Assembly (NCBI GenBank): GCA_043228905.1
Contig: JBHGNT010000020.1
Coordinates: forward strand, 12,772,001-12,836,000
Length of the DNA: 64,000 nt
Direction: 5' to 3'
Source of the DNA: Azolla caroliniana
Lineage: Eukaryota; Plantae; Polypodiophyta
Shown: positions 39,501 through 54,500 of the stretch, one piece after another
Layout: every line of letters begins with the position of its first letter
Numbering within the stretch: position 1 is the first letter of the stretch
Notes under the pieces: model-generated
Told to the model about the DNA's origin: nothing
Seen by the model: only the letters and a program-made list of their open reading frames with translations
The model's database searches: none
Program-made: the position numbers and the translations under genes

Positions 39501-42500
39501 CGGTGAAGACATCAATCAAGTAGGATGGTGTCTAAGATGTTGATTGGGGCAGGTGCAGAGGAGAGAGGTTGGAGGGGAGGAGCAATTCGTGGACTCCTCT
39601 CGCAGATCTACTTTGTGTTATCACTTAGTGCAATTCCTTGGCAGATTGCCATCATGTAATCACTTCAAGCAATCCCATTGTGTAATGGCTTCGAAGATTG
39701 TTCTCATGGACTGGCCCTCATGGAATTTCTTCGGGAAATTCTTATTGTGGAATGGCCCTCCTGGAATTCTCTTCATAGATTTCCTTTGGGGAATTATTAT
39801 TGTGAATTGGTCCTCATGGAAGCTTCTTAGCAGATTTCCTTTGTGGAATCGGCTCTCATGGATTGAAGGGTCTCTCGTGCAATGAATGGGTGCTCATGTA
39901 AAGGAAGCCCACTCGTGAACCCGATCTATTATAGCCCCTTTCTTATGTCTTGGTTGGGAGCCCATTTGTGTATCCCATCATTGACTTGTAGCATTAGTAG
40001 GAGTGATGAGGCTAAAGAAAGTTGTGACTGTTCTTTGTGGATGAGCTTGTGTGGCTGTATTATTGTCCTTCAACAACTTTTCCCTATGTCTCTTGAGTTC
40101 TAGCAAGAAAAGTCCTAGGCACTGTTGGTCCTCATCATATTCCATTACCTTGCATAGCAAGCCAAAGCCTTGTTTAAAGAGGATATGGTATCTCCCTCTG
40201 ATTTCATAAAAGACATTACATTGACAAACATAGTGTTCTTTGATTCACTCCTTGATGACACAATTCGCAAATTCTTTCTTCTAGAGGTATTCGTGTATAT
40301 CTGCCTACCTTACTCTCTAATTGATGTGATGAAGTTCGCAGCTGCCTTATCACATTGTGCAGAGCATAGGATAGATGTATGTCCATATAAGGTGGCCTAA
40401 TGATGAATCCATCCTCTGATGTGTGTAGAAAGTGATATTTTGGGGCTGATCTATGTTATGTTGTTTTCCAAGTTAATAATATCAGTTCGGATCACTCTAT
40501 TCTTTTCCACTTTGCTCATATTTAGATGGGGAGAGTCCAAGCTATATTGGAACAGGGGTAGTGCATTTATACTTATGCCATGTGACTTGAACCATTGCTG
40601 CATTTCAGCATACCAACAATGCATGTCTCCATTTTCAGCCAATTGTCTTGATGATAGAAGTGCCAACCTTGGGTAACTTCATTTAGGGGGCTCCCAAAGA
40701 TGGGAACAATGTCTCGATGATTATAGGTGCTACTCCTATCTCTACCCGGATTATATCATGGGCCACCGATGCTTTGCTCCTTATCATGTGGGCAATCATT
40801 GATGTTGAGAATCAAGCTCAACTTGGTCTAGTGTGTGAACTCACCTTGAGAGTGAATAGACACTTCAACGGTCAAGAGTCACCATTATGTCACCACTTTG
40901 TATTCTAGCATTTAGTATGAGTCATAGAATCATATTCTATGACACATAACTTATGAGCTTTCACATTCTCCATGCTCCATGAGTCTTGTAGTTAATGAAG
41001 AGAGAGGGTGACTATATAAAGCACCCTCCTCCCACCTTGTATAATGTTGAGTCTTTCTCCTTTGTTAATATACTTTACCTTGCGTATTCTCTGTGTCTTA
41101 CTCCTTGTCTCTCTCTCTCTCATACACACACACTGTTCATATCTATTCCGCTGCACAGAATCCATCTCTTGATTCTTTACATGGTATCAGAGCAATAGCT
41201 CGATCTGGCCCATCCGCGTGTGCTGTGTCTTACGCCGACGACCAAGAACCGACTCATCACTATCGTAGCTTCGCTACATAGCTCGCATTCGAAGAGAGAA
41301 GAATCGACATAATGAATACTCAAATAAGGAGCGTTCTCCCTACCGAGAAGTTGGATCGAAACAACTTCGCATCTTGGGAGTACAAGATGCACCAATACCT
41401 TGTCGGACAAGGCTATTGGAGCTACATCAAAGGAGCGCACGAAGACCAACCAGTCGACACCTCCCGGATACACGACATGGGAGCAAGCCGCAAGCCGTAA
41501 GCCGCGTGATGTATTGCTTGGCGACATGTGTTCACGATCACATGCTCGGCTACATTTGCGAAGCCAAGACGCCGAAGGAGGCATGGGAAAATCTACGAAA
41601 GATTTTTGCGACGAACACAACCGCAAGAAGGCTTCAACTCCGCCAAGAGTTGAACAACATTCAACAAAGGGACATGTCCATCACGACATATACCTTGAAG
41701 AATAAGGAGCTTTGCGACTCGCTCGGTTCGATAAGTGTAAATATCGATGATGATGAGATGGTGCAAATATGCCTCGGCAGCCTCGCACCACGGTTCGGCG
41801 CGATGCGAACTGCCGTTCTAGCAAGGGAGAAATCTCCCTCCTTCTTCGAGCTCCAATCAATGCTATTGGTCGAAGAAAACCATGTGCGTACAAGGAGAAA
41901 TGAGTCGGACGGCCAAATGCTCTACACGCACTCGAATGGAGGAAGAGGACGTGGACGAGCGAGAGGCCGATTCGGCCAAGGACAAGGCAAATGAGGTCCG
42001 ACCTATGACAACAACTCCCAATTTCAGCCGCAAAACGAAAGCCAACGAGGAACCTTCGCAAGAAGGGGGAGCTTCCACTCCGGCCCGAGCCGTCAAAATG
42101 CAACCGAATGCGGATATTGCGGAAAGCTCGGCTACCACGAAGAAGAGTGCTAAAAGAAGATGCGCGACAACTCACGAATTACACGCACAATTCCTACTAC
42201 GAAGAGTATAGCGGAATGTACAAGCACAACTCCGACTACGAAGATCGTGGCGGAATGTATACACACAACTCTGACCGTGGCGAAATGTTCATGATGAAAC
42301 ATAGAGCAAACTCTATGTCAGCCTCTACCTCAACTAGTGCCCTCAATCCGGAGGATGTATGGTTTGTTGATTCCGGAGCCTCAAACCATATGACATCTCA
42401 TAAAGAATGGTTTCTCGAACTTCGAGAGCCAGAGCGACCCGGTTATGTCAAAACCGGAGATGATACTACGCACTCGATTCGGCACATCGGCAATGTTCCG

Positions 42501-45500
42501 TTCGGCAAAAGAGGTAAGCAAACATACATTAAAAATGTCTTGCATGTTCCCACCATCACGAAGAATTTGGTCTCCGTTGGCCAAATGGTTGAGCAAGGGA
42601 TGCAAGTACGATTCGACCAAGAAGGGTGCTTCATCGAAAAAGAGGGCCGAATCATCGCGCGCGGAAGAAGAGGGCTGGATGTTCATTCTCGATTCACACG
42701 AGATGAAATCCGCCATGTTCGCAAAAGGCACGAAAGCCGACTTCGACATAGAACTATGGCACAAGCGAATCGGCCACATCAATCTCAACAAACTCAAAGC
42801 AATGAAATCGAAAGGAGTCATCATCGGACTCCCAACATTCAAAGAGAAGGAGATTGAAGGTGTATGCGAAGCGTGCCAATTCGGCAAGCAACACCGACAC
42901 CCATTCCCGAAAGAGTGGAACGTGAGCAAAGGTCTACTCGACGTAGTCCATTCCGACGTATGGGGACCGACGCAAACGACTACATTCGGCAGATGCCGAT
43001 ATTACGTGCTCTTCATCGACGACTTCTCCAGGCACACGTGGTTCTATCCGATGCAGCAAAAGAGCGAAGTGTTCAAACACTTCCAAAGGTTTAAAAACGA
43101 AGTCAAAAATGCCATTGGTCGTCATGTACGATGCCTTCGATCGGATGGCAGCAAGGAGTACTTCTCAGACGATTTCACGACGTACCTCTGAAAGGAAGGA
43201 ATTCGACGAGAATTCCCTTGTCGACACACTCCGCAACAAAACGGAGTAGCCGAGCGCAAAAATCAGCACATCCTCGAAGTAGAGCGGGCCATGATGAACC
43301 AAAAGCATATGCCCAAGTCATATTGGGCCGAAGCTGCAAATACGGCCGTTTACCTGATGAACCGGTGCACAACATCCGGAGTGCACGAGGTAACTCCACA
43401 CAAAAAATACTTCGGAAAGAAGCTGGACTTATCACACACCTGGATATTCGGCGCAATAGCATACGTGCACATACCCGACGAAAAGCGGCAAAAGCTAGAT
43501 CCAAAGTCGGAGAAATGTATCCTCGTAGGATACTCACTCGAACAAAAGGGGTACAAGTGCTACAACCCCTCAACTCGAAAATCTCGAGTAAGTCGAGACG
43601 TCGTTTTTGACGAGTTCACATCCTGGTACGCACCAGAGAAGATTCCAACTTCGACCCCAATCGACGCAGAACTAGCCGAACAAGAGTGAGAAGGTGGAGA
43701 TCGCCTCGAAGACATGTTCGAAGATAGCCCGATTACCACAAGGCTAAGTGGGCCACAAGAGCCCCCGAGCGATCAAAGCACATCACGGCCTAGCCCGAAG
43801 ATGGACAAAGGCAAGGCAAAAATGTCGGAATACGAAGACGATCGCTTCGACGATGATGAGTCGACTCACTCACTCGATCATCACCAAGCAAAGATGGAAG
43901 ATAAGAGTGGCAACGCAAGCCACTAAGAACCGATCATCACCACAGTCAAAAGCTCATTAGAGTCGAAAACCTCATTTCTCTTCTCACTCTCATGTAGGAC
44001 AATGATTAACACACAAGGTTAGGTTAAAGACAAACAAAAAATGTATTGAACTCGGGACTTTGAAAGAATTAAACTTATGAGACCGAAAGAAAGGGATATG
44101 TGCATACATCGCACCCTCCATTTTTTTTTAAATAAGTAACACATGGTTAGGCAAAAAGTTAAATTAAGGAAGAACCCTTTATAAAATAGGGTGTACAACG
44201 GTGGTTACCAAGAGTTAACCACTAATACAAAACTGGAAAAGCGAAAGTAGGGTAGGGTGTCACGGATAGAGTGACATAGGGTTGATGCTTTCAATAATGG
44301 GGAGTCTAGTGGACCATCAACCACGACTACTTCCAACAGCTACAATGTCTCGAATCGGACTAGTGTTCTCGATCACTCCATCCTCCCTTTGAAAACCCTC
44401 CTTGATGCCGCCACGTAACGAGCTCGGTGATGTCGAAGACCACGACGACCCCCTAAGAAGAAGAGGAGACCGAAAAGGAGAAACAAAGGAACGATATACC
44501 TTCACACCAAAATGTCGAAACCCGAATGTCCGAAATGGGGGGCCTCCTCAAGAAGTCGAAAACCCTAAACAAAAAAACTAGAAGCCAATGTCGCTGAAGG
44601 AAACCTCCAAAAGTGAAAACTCAAAGAAGAGCAAATTGTGCCCTCTTCCCCTCCTTTTATAGGGGGAGGGCGCCTTATTTGCATTTAATGCAACTATTCC
44701 TCTTTTTCTTCAAAAAGAAATAGGGGAATAAATGCTCCTTAAATCGCGCCGCACTGACAAAGAATCGAACTTTGTACCCGCTTGAACCAAGTGAATGGCT
44801 CTAACCACTAGGGCATTCACTTTTAGTTATTACTCTTACATCTCATAAATATGTATGTACATATTGTTGCCCCTTTTTGTTTTCTATTTTCCCACATTTT
44901 ACACCCTTTCTTTTTCTTCCTTTTTATCCACATTTCCACCTTTTCTTTTCCCCTCTTTCCTTACATTCCCACCTTTGGGCATGCCACATCATAACAATGG
45001 CAGCTCTAATGGAGACAATCATGTTGGACAATGGATCAGCATATGCAAGGGTAAAGAGCCAAGACAAGAGACGGTTGGTCCAATTCCTGACGGTTAGACA
45101 AAACCATCAGCACAACAAGGATTCCCTCAAACATGGAGCCGGGAAGATTTTTGTGGGCTATTAAAGCATGGGACTGCAATAGCCGGGGGCATATTTAAGC
45201 CCCCAAAATTTTTTAATAGATTTTGTCATCCCAAGAATATTAAAAAACAAGGAGATGGAAGGAAAATTCAGAGTTTATGTACCATGCTAAATACGAGATT
45301 GGGAGAATCTATATATTTCATAGCCAGCGGGCCACCATATGCTTCAAGCAACTGTAGAATTTTTCTGTCTCTATTAAGACAACTGATCTTGGATGATTCT
45401 CTGGAGAATCATTTTTAACTTTTTCTTTTTGGAAACCTGTGTAAACTGGAAAACAGAAACAGTAACATCACCTACTCTCAACTAGCATAAACCAAGGCTT

Positions 45501-48500
45501 TTCATGGTATAAATTTAAGTAAAAACTCAGGTTGAAAACTTTAATAGCCTTCAAGGCTGAAATTTATTCTAATGTTTCAATTATCGCTGGTTACAGATTG
45601 TGAATCAAGGAATAGCATAATATATCGAACTACCACAAGGCATTTGGATACAAACTTAAATAAAATGTATGCTGTGAACGAAAGCGTGCTCATGTCAATG
45701 AGACAAGTGCCGTCAATTATTACTGAATGGCTAAGAAGCGTTCATGTCATAAAACAAGTTACGTGAACAACATTGCAGTTGTATTTTGTGGAAAACCAAA
45801 GGGTGAAGTAGGAAACCTGGATTGATTGCAGCATCAATTTGGACAGCCAATAACTCTGAATCTCCATGTGCATAAGGAGTTACCTGTTATAAAATCAGTT
45901 TCCCTGTCAAGAGTTTGTCCAAAATCAGGCAAACTTAGAAAGATTATGGAAGTAACATCATACAAACCTCAACCCGAGAAACAACACCTTTTGTAACTGA
46001 TACTGTATCCCCACCCAATGGGTATCCCACAACTGTTACTGCATCCTGTAAAATAGATGCATTTGAGGATTTCAAATCCATCTTTAATGGTACAAAATAT
46101 GTAGTTGCAACTACATAGAGACATCTTTGCCATGGGAAAGAGAATTTACATAAAAAAGAGCTTAGGAAACCAGAGATTTTTTCAGTAAATTAATAAGATG
46201 ATCCAAAAAAAATTGTTTTTTTATGTAAAGAGCTCTTAGCTTTCTTAGTTGGGCTCTTTAATCTAGCATTTGTCCTAGGAGATGTGCATGCAATGGTGGC
46301 AGATTGGCTCTCTCCAGCTTTCCAGCATTTTCATTTCTGTTGAGTACATTTGAGAAATACATATGCCATGTTTCAGACAAAATATGTTGTGGAGCATGGC
46401 ATTCTATCATTTTCTTGTTTTCTACATGTCATTCTCTTGCAATCACAGGGGCTCCCTCGCTTCGGAGACCTCTCCATTCTTGATCGACCTATGCTAGCGA
46501 TCTTTCGAAGACAAAAACTACAATCTATCTGACTTAAGAATCTTACACATACCAATAACAAGATTCTTTAGTCGCTTTTTTCTTATTTACTTTCATTCTC
46601 TCTTTTTTTACTTGGGAACATTTTGGTTTGTTGTCCTCAAGGACAAGACAACACTTAATATGTAATCTTTTGTTTGGTCTTATGGGCCATTTTGGTCTCT
46701 TGATAGACGTTAACATATCTTTCAAATATGTAGTTTGTGAATTTGGAATGCCAACTCCTCCTACTGCTGCAGTTAAGCTGATATATCAAACTCATCCATT
46801 TACAAAACATGGATTTCTGTGAACAATATATTGATTTAAACATTATACTTTTCTCAGTTTCCATCTATTTACTATATTATTAATTTTAGCCTTCTTTATG
46901 ATTCGCCATCCTGGAAATAAAGGGTAGCAAGTAGCATTTTCCTATCTATTAAGCAATCCTTTTAAACCATGCATTGAACTAGAAACTAAAAAATTTACTT
47001 TAGCAATATAAGACACTCTTGAGTTCTGTAACACTATTTTAGTTTAGTAAACTGTCAGATAGGAACAGAAATCTAGATATCATTTCATAATTCTTCTTCC
47101 TCATGCATCATGAGTCATTAGTATGTGCATAGCCAACATGAACTTTACTCTTTAACTTCTCTCTGTAAACCAACACAAGTTACTTTTTAAGTTCAAAAGG
47201 TCATAATTGATTGGTGAGGCCATATGAAAGAAACTGTTATCCTACAAGACATCAACTAGTAAACACTAACTGATTTCATTGAGTATGAACTTCAAAGTTC
47301 TTCTGACTAGAGAATCAACAAGTTTGATGAGGTGACCACAAAATTAAGTTCAACTTGAGACAACTTTTTTGTGCTCAACACCACCATAGACATACTAAAA
47401 TTCTTATAAAGGGAGAAATTCACTCCAGAATCCAGCAAACGTATGTGCATCATTCATTCCCTCCCTAGACATTAATATATCTTTCTTTCTTTCTTTCTTT
47501 CTTTCCTTGACTCCTCCTTTTCCTCAGAACTCAGAATCTAATACCCAGTCTCACAGAAATGGGAAGCACATAAAATCCACCTTTACACATGAAGAGTTAT
47601 GGTGCTGCTATTCATTTTTCCTGTCCTTTGGAGGCTCTAATCATAGGACTACAGCTTAACTCATTGTTTATTTCACCCCTGCTCCCACCCTTGGCATAGT
47701 TTAGTATATAACATCTTGTAGAAACAACAGAATCAGACACATATAAGGCAGCCTATGGAATCTAGTATCAACTTTGACTTACAATGATATGCTGATTTTC
47801 ATTTTGGAAAAAGGGAATATCTTAAGAGCATTAGTTACCAAGATCACCAGATGGAGGGTTATTGATATTATCATTACTTTGCATATAAAATTTGATTAAT
47901 AAGATCGCCATTCATAATGGGAACTGGGGCACTGTCAGAAATGGAAGGTTATTAATAGCCTAATTGTTTGGCATATGGGCAGAAAATGATATTTAATAGA
48001 TAGATAGATAGATATTTTTGGCGTCCATAGAGAGGCCAACATTGACCCATAGGACCCATAAGAACATCAGAGGATGGATTCATCATCAGGACATCTTATA
48101 CAGACATACATCTATACTATTCACTGTGCAAGCTGATAGGGCATTCTAGAGGTATTCGTGCATATCTGCCGGCCATGCAAATTTGATTGTTGCATCTCAA
48201 TATTATTGTGAATAAGATAGTGCCACTGTTGGTTGTTTTTAGCTGCCATGAAAAACAATATCTAGAAACTGATTTTCTGGAATCGCTATCTCAAGCCCTT
48301 TTGGAGACAGAAAACCCACAACTGTCAGCTGCTGAATTGACTTAACACACCGACCAAAAACCAAATATTTGCCCTAGTGTTGCACAGGAAAATTAAAGTC
48401 CCCACCTGTACAACCATATGTCAACCATCTTTGACGGGTATCCTTGGGATAGCTTGTAGTTCGACTTCATTGGAGTCAACTTCAACTTGCAGCAGATCAT

Positions 48501-51500
48501 CCCAAAGGTCTTCAAGATTTCTGTTGAATACTTTCGTTGTGACATGAAGATGCCAAACCTCGATCCCAAGGAAATAGTGTAAATTTCCCAAGTTCATCAT
48601 TTCGAACTCAGTTTTCAAACACTTGTGTTTGGCCAATGCACTCTTCATGGTCACCTGTAAGTACTAGATCATCCACAGATATGATGATGATTACTTGTTT
48701 CCCATCCTTCGTTTGACATACATACTTGCATCAGAAGCACATTGCTTCAAGTCGATCAATTGTAAGAAACTATCTATCCGCTTGTTCCAAGCTCTCAATG
48801 CTTGTTTTAGACCATGCAATGCCTTCTTCAGCTTGCAAACTTTGTTTTCGAAATTTGGCATGTCAAACCCTGGTGGTTACTTCACGTTTACATCCTCCTT
48901 GGGATGCCCATTCAAAAATGCTGATTTGACATCCATTTGATAAATTGACCATCCTCTTGAAACAGCCAAAGCTATGACCATTTGAATTGCCCTCATGCTA
49001 GCTATCAGGGCAAAGGTTCCTTGTACATCGAACCCTTTGATTTGGGAGTACCCTTGCGCTATAGGTCTGGCCTTGAGCTTCTCCAAAGAACCATCGGCTT
49101 TACACTTTGCTTTCCACACCCACTTGGTGCCTATCACTTTGTGCCTAACACTTTCTTCATTTGTTGGTCTTTCTACCAACTCCCACATGTCATTCTTCAT
49201 GGTGTAGTCATATTTTGATAGCATTGCCTCTTTCCACTTTGGGTCGGACATGGCTTCCTCCACCAAGGTCAACTCACTCATAGAGCCTATGCAGTTCACC
49301 ATCAAAGCCATGTTGATGATGTGATCAGAGGTTCTTCCTTGCTCCTCTATTCTTCTTGGTCTTCATTGTTCATCGGTTGGAGTTTCGGGAACTCAACTTG
49401 AGGATTACAATGGCCAAAGAGTTGTTGAATTGTGTGTGTGGAATATGAAGAAAATTAAGTTGGTCACTGTAGTGTATTTTATGAAATAAGAGGGAGATAC
49501 CATTCCTCTTTAAGTCAAGCTTTCGCCCACTATACAAGGTAATGGAATATGAGGACCAACTGTGCTTGGGGCTTTTCTTGTGAAAACTCAAGACACAAAG
49601 AAAAGTTGTTGAAGGACAACAATACAACCACATAAGCTCATCAACAAAGAACAATCACAACTTTCTCTAGCCCCATCACTCTTACTCGTGCTACCAATCA
49701 ATCAAGAGCTACTCAAGTGGGCTCCCAATCAGGACATAAAAAAGTGTTTACAATAGATCGGGTAATAAAAATTTGCATCGCACTTAGGCCCTGGCCTCAT
49801 GGACCACGCACCACCCTTGTCATCGATAAATGCCATCATCTCCCACGATCACAAGTGCTTCCCTCGTTTTGGAAACTTGTACATTCTGGATCGACCTATG
49901 GTAGAGATCTTTCAAAGATAAAAATTACAATATATCTGACATGAGAATCTTATTATCTTACATGTACCGATAACAAGATTCTTTACTCACTTTTTATCTT
50001 ATTTACTTTTTTTTTACTTAGTAACATGTATTTTGGTTTGTTCTTCTCAATGACAAGACAACAGTTAAGATGTGATCACTTGTTTGGTCTTGTAGGCCAT
50101 TTTGGCCTCTTAAAAGACGTTAATATATCTTTCTTCTATTCATTCTTTCTTGAATTACGCTTTGACAGAAAAATCTTAGCAAGTTTCCCATGATTAACCA
50201 TGACTGCACTTCCTGTATGCTTGAAACTGCAGCCAATGTAAGTATCTATATTTGATTCGTGAATGTATTCCGTCTATTGTTAATCTATAATATAATATTG
50301 GCATCTTAGTTGTTAGGAAAACATAAGCCTCCACAAATTCTGCTCCACATATGCGCTAAGTTACATCAATGAAAAATATGTGAGGCTTCTACCCATCAAG
50401 GACACAGTTGACTGGTTATCTTGTTTGAGATATTATTCCCCACCCAGCATGGTCCGTTCTATGATATTCAAGAATCCTAAAGGCAAAGAAGCTGAAGAGC
50501 AAGATGACTCCTCGCTTGTGCTCTGAAATATAAAGACCTATGAAATTTGATTTTTCATATTATTGTTACCTGAAGACTTGGAAGACCTCCAAATTCCAAA
50601 GGCTCAACATCCTTCCAGAACTCATTATCTTCTACTGTTAAGAGTGCCAGATCACACTCTGCCCCAACAGATAGCACCTAGAAAAGAAAAGCATGTGGCA
50701 TCATCCAGAATTGTACCAAATAATTTGTACTAGTATTAAGATTATTTCTTACAGTAGCAATATACTTGGTATCATCACCTGTCTTCTTCACGGTAACCTA
50801 AACAAATGCAATACACATTTTGATGATTATAACACTGCTTTTCTTAAGATATGTATAATGAATTTAGAAAATGATCATCCACCTGAGTGTAATGTTCTAC
50901 ACAATGAGCATTTGTGAGAATTCTTCTGCCTGAAATCACAAAACCACTGTTGAATAACTTCTAGTTAGTTCTGTCCTGCAAATACTTGCATCACAGGAAC
51001 AATTGAAATGTGTAGCAACTCATATAAAAGAAAAATATCTAGTTCGGAATGTTAAAATTCTTTCACGACATCCACACATCAACAATGCATTCTAATACGA
51101 ACATCCACCATTGCTACATCGAATTAACATCATACCTTCCAGTGGTGGCATATTGCCTTTGTAATTGCCATGGCAACGAATAGTCTGGTTCAGCTGATAT
51201 GCAAAAGACCTGCAAATCAAATCATACTAACTATTAGGTTGGAAACCACTAACGTAACTCAGTAGAAGTACAAAAGTGGGCACCTCATCACACAAGATAT
51301 GATTTGGTTATGAACTAGGAACATATGATAGCTACTATGGATGGACTGCACCCTATATGTACAAAATGTTGCGATGAAGAAGACTTTTTTATATGAGCAC
51401 TTTGCCTGACATTACTCTCATTGCCGTGAAAGAATCGTCGCCACTCCCCCTCCTGAGTTTCACAAAGAATCAGTGGTTCCAATACGCAAAAGTGAAGTCA

Positions 51501-54500
51501 GGTGTAAAGGAACTTTTCCTGCCCAAAGCCTTCGACCTTTATTAGATCTGAATGACCCCTAACAGAATTGGTAGAACATATTGATATCGACTTTCCCGCT
51601 CATTTCTAGCTATATAAGCAAGGTCCTTGCATAGTTTTTTTTCTCAGGGAAACCAAGAAGACATTAGCCCCTGGGATCACTTTCAATAGCCCCGGACAAG
51701 TCAAAGAGGTCAACTTAGTCGAGGAGAACGACTCCAAGCCAGTGGGCAACCTCACTCGAGAGGACAAAACTACCAGTAATAGCCTTCTTTGAGAGTTCAA
51801 AGATGTTTTCTGTTGGAGCCATGCAGATGTGAAAGGTGTTCCACTAAAAGTGACAATGCACACAATTTCTATGCCAGAAGACGCGTCCAATCCTGATTAA
51901 CCCTCCACACTGGATGCAATTAGTGAGTGCAACAGTTGACTGATTTACTCATTATAGAATTTCGAAAGCCTATTATAATGTACAAGTTCAAAAGAGATAT
52001 TTTTTACATTCAATAATCAAGGGGGGCGTTCTTGGATAGTCCCCAAAATAAGAAGCACACCCCTAAGTTGAATTCTGAGAACTGCATATCTTCTCCCAGA
52101 TAGGGGAACCAAGGTACTAGCAAGTGAAGCGATAGTTTCATGTGCTTAAGTTGAGTCTTTGTTATCCTTTGTTAGACCTATCCAGTGAAACAATGGAGTA
52201 GAGTTGTGGTCTACTTTGACAATTTACAGTACAAAACTAGGATTATTTAGAGAGATATAGAAAAAAGATAGAGAAAAGAAGAGGAAGAGAAAAGAATACT
52301 TCAATATACTATTAGGAAAATAATGTCATCTTCTTAGACTCTAAGAATAACAACCCCAAATAACTACTTTAATCTCAATACACTAGTTCATAACATAGTC
52401 TTTCTTTCTTTCTTCATCCTTCTTCCTTCTACTAAGCATCTTCTCACTTCTTCTAATCTTCTTATTCTTCCGTACTGCTTCTTGTAGATATTGTATTCTT
52501 CCTCCTTGTAGATATTCTATTCCTCCTTCCCAATTACTAGGAATACCCTCATATTTATAGGCTTTTAGTTGCATTATTTTTGCTTTTTTCTTTTCTTTTT
52601 ACATATGCTCGAGTTTATGTGATGTGTTTTTCATATCATTATTTATGCTTTGTCATCCCAAACTTGTTATATAAGAAAGCTTTCTTTGTCAGCTTTCTTA
52701 TGAATCTTTTCTTTTGAAATTTGGATATGAGATGAAGAAGTTATAAGCTTTTTTATCTAGCTTGCTTTTTCTGCCTTTTTTCGCGTTTTTTTCTTTTTTC
52801 TTTTTTCCTGCTTTTTCTACTTTTGAAAAACGCCTCTAACTTTATATCCCTTTAAGTTCCTTTTTCTTTTAACTCTTGAGACTTTCATTTCGTGCTTTAC
52901 TCTTATACACCTTGGCATCCAATGTATTTGCCACAGTCTTTTCCTATGAGCAAAAATCGACTTCACACATACCATATAGCCCCATTGACCTCAATTGATC
53001 CAATAATCACTAAAACTCCATGCAATAAATGGCAAACCTCATTATGAGCTTCTTGAGGGTGTCACAAAAGGTAATTAATGCAAACTTTTTTCTGTTTGTA
53101 AAACAATACATTACCTTTTGCAACCATGTTTAAATTTTCTAAATTACTATCACTTAATAGTACTTAACTGCAAAGATGCATGAGTCAAAAGTTAAAGAGT
53201 ATCTCCATCTCACCTTCACAACAGCCTTTAGTAGTTGCCTGTCTTGCAAATGCTCTTCATCCTAAAATTTAATTCACCAGGAAAATCATAGTTATCGCAA
53301 ATCAAAGTATATGACAATCTTTTTAAATGTAGTGTAGCATTGGCAATCCTATCAATGTAAACTAAAAAGTGTATGGGACGTCCTTTTAGAAAAATGATTA
53401 AAGAACACTTACAATATCATTATTTGTGCCATAAAAGAATGTTCCACTATCCACAGATAGTTCCTTTTCTAATGAGCTGATATTTTCATACTTTCCCGTG
53501 CAGTTGCATTTGTGCGTCCACTTTGAAGTTAAAAGTGAGCTTGCCAATTGACCTCTGTCCCCGACAATTGACTGATTCGATCGCAAGCTAGAACTGGATA
53601 GAATTACCTTACGTTTTTGTAATTCAGCAACCTCTCCCTGATCATGAAAAAAACAACTTATTAATTTCCAGTATAACAAATAAATTAGTAAAGGGAGTTT
53701 TAACAATGAGAATGGATGAGACGGAAACATTAGACAATTTGCAGTTGCATGAAACTTTTACTAGTAGAAGAACAAACTATACAATTTAATTTGTAATTGA
53801 CACTGATGGAGACATCTCTTGGTGCAAGAGACAACTGGATTGACCGAGAGAATCAAAGTGTCATTGCCTTCTAGGATTGTAACCAAATAGGTTTGCCTAC
53901 TCTTAATTGACATAACAAAGAGCCATCAAGAGAAGACAAGGTTAACAGCCCTCTTAATTGGATTTCCCAACAGAGAAATTACCCTAGATCCCCTCTTTGC
54001 ATGATGGCAGGAAATCCAATTATTATTACTCAAACAAGCCTGAAATATATGCTAGTCTATACTTCTACAAGAAAAATTGGAAACATCCTGAAAACAATTA
54101 TGCAAGTGCAATAACTTAAATGGTCCTGCATATTCTGTCTTGCATATATGGTGTTGTAAAATACAATACAAAAAGATACACAAATACCTGCAGTGACACA
54201 TGTCTATTACATATTTCTCTATGGATCATCAAGCAAACAAGAAACAAGTAAATGTAGTATATGTGCCTTATGTGATGAATCACAAGATTATATATGGGCT
54301 TCTCTTTCAGTGGGTTGGAGATATCTAGAAGATTGCATTGATACAAGTGAAAAAGAATATGTCTTTCAACCAGCAATGTGTCCAGCAATACTGCCTGTAC
54401 ATCAAAATGGAATGCATTTTTGTATTTGCCAGCTATGCCACCAACCATATAAATATGTCAATTATATGGTCTTCATATAGTCATGAATCTTGAATCACAA

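Noticed and set aside
41177-43573. Minus-strand ORFs overlapping the copia gag-pol (and similar antisense ORFs over PMK, MyoB-like and the gypsy integrase)
   Set aside because: Shadow frames of real coding sequence with no independent motifs.
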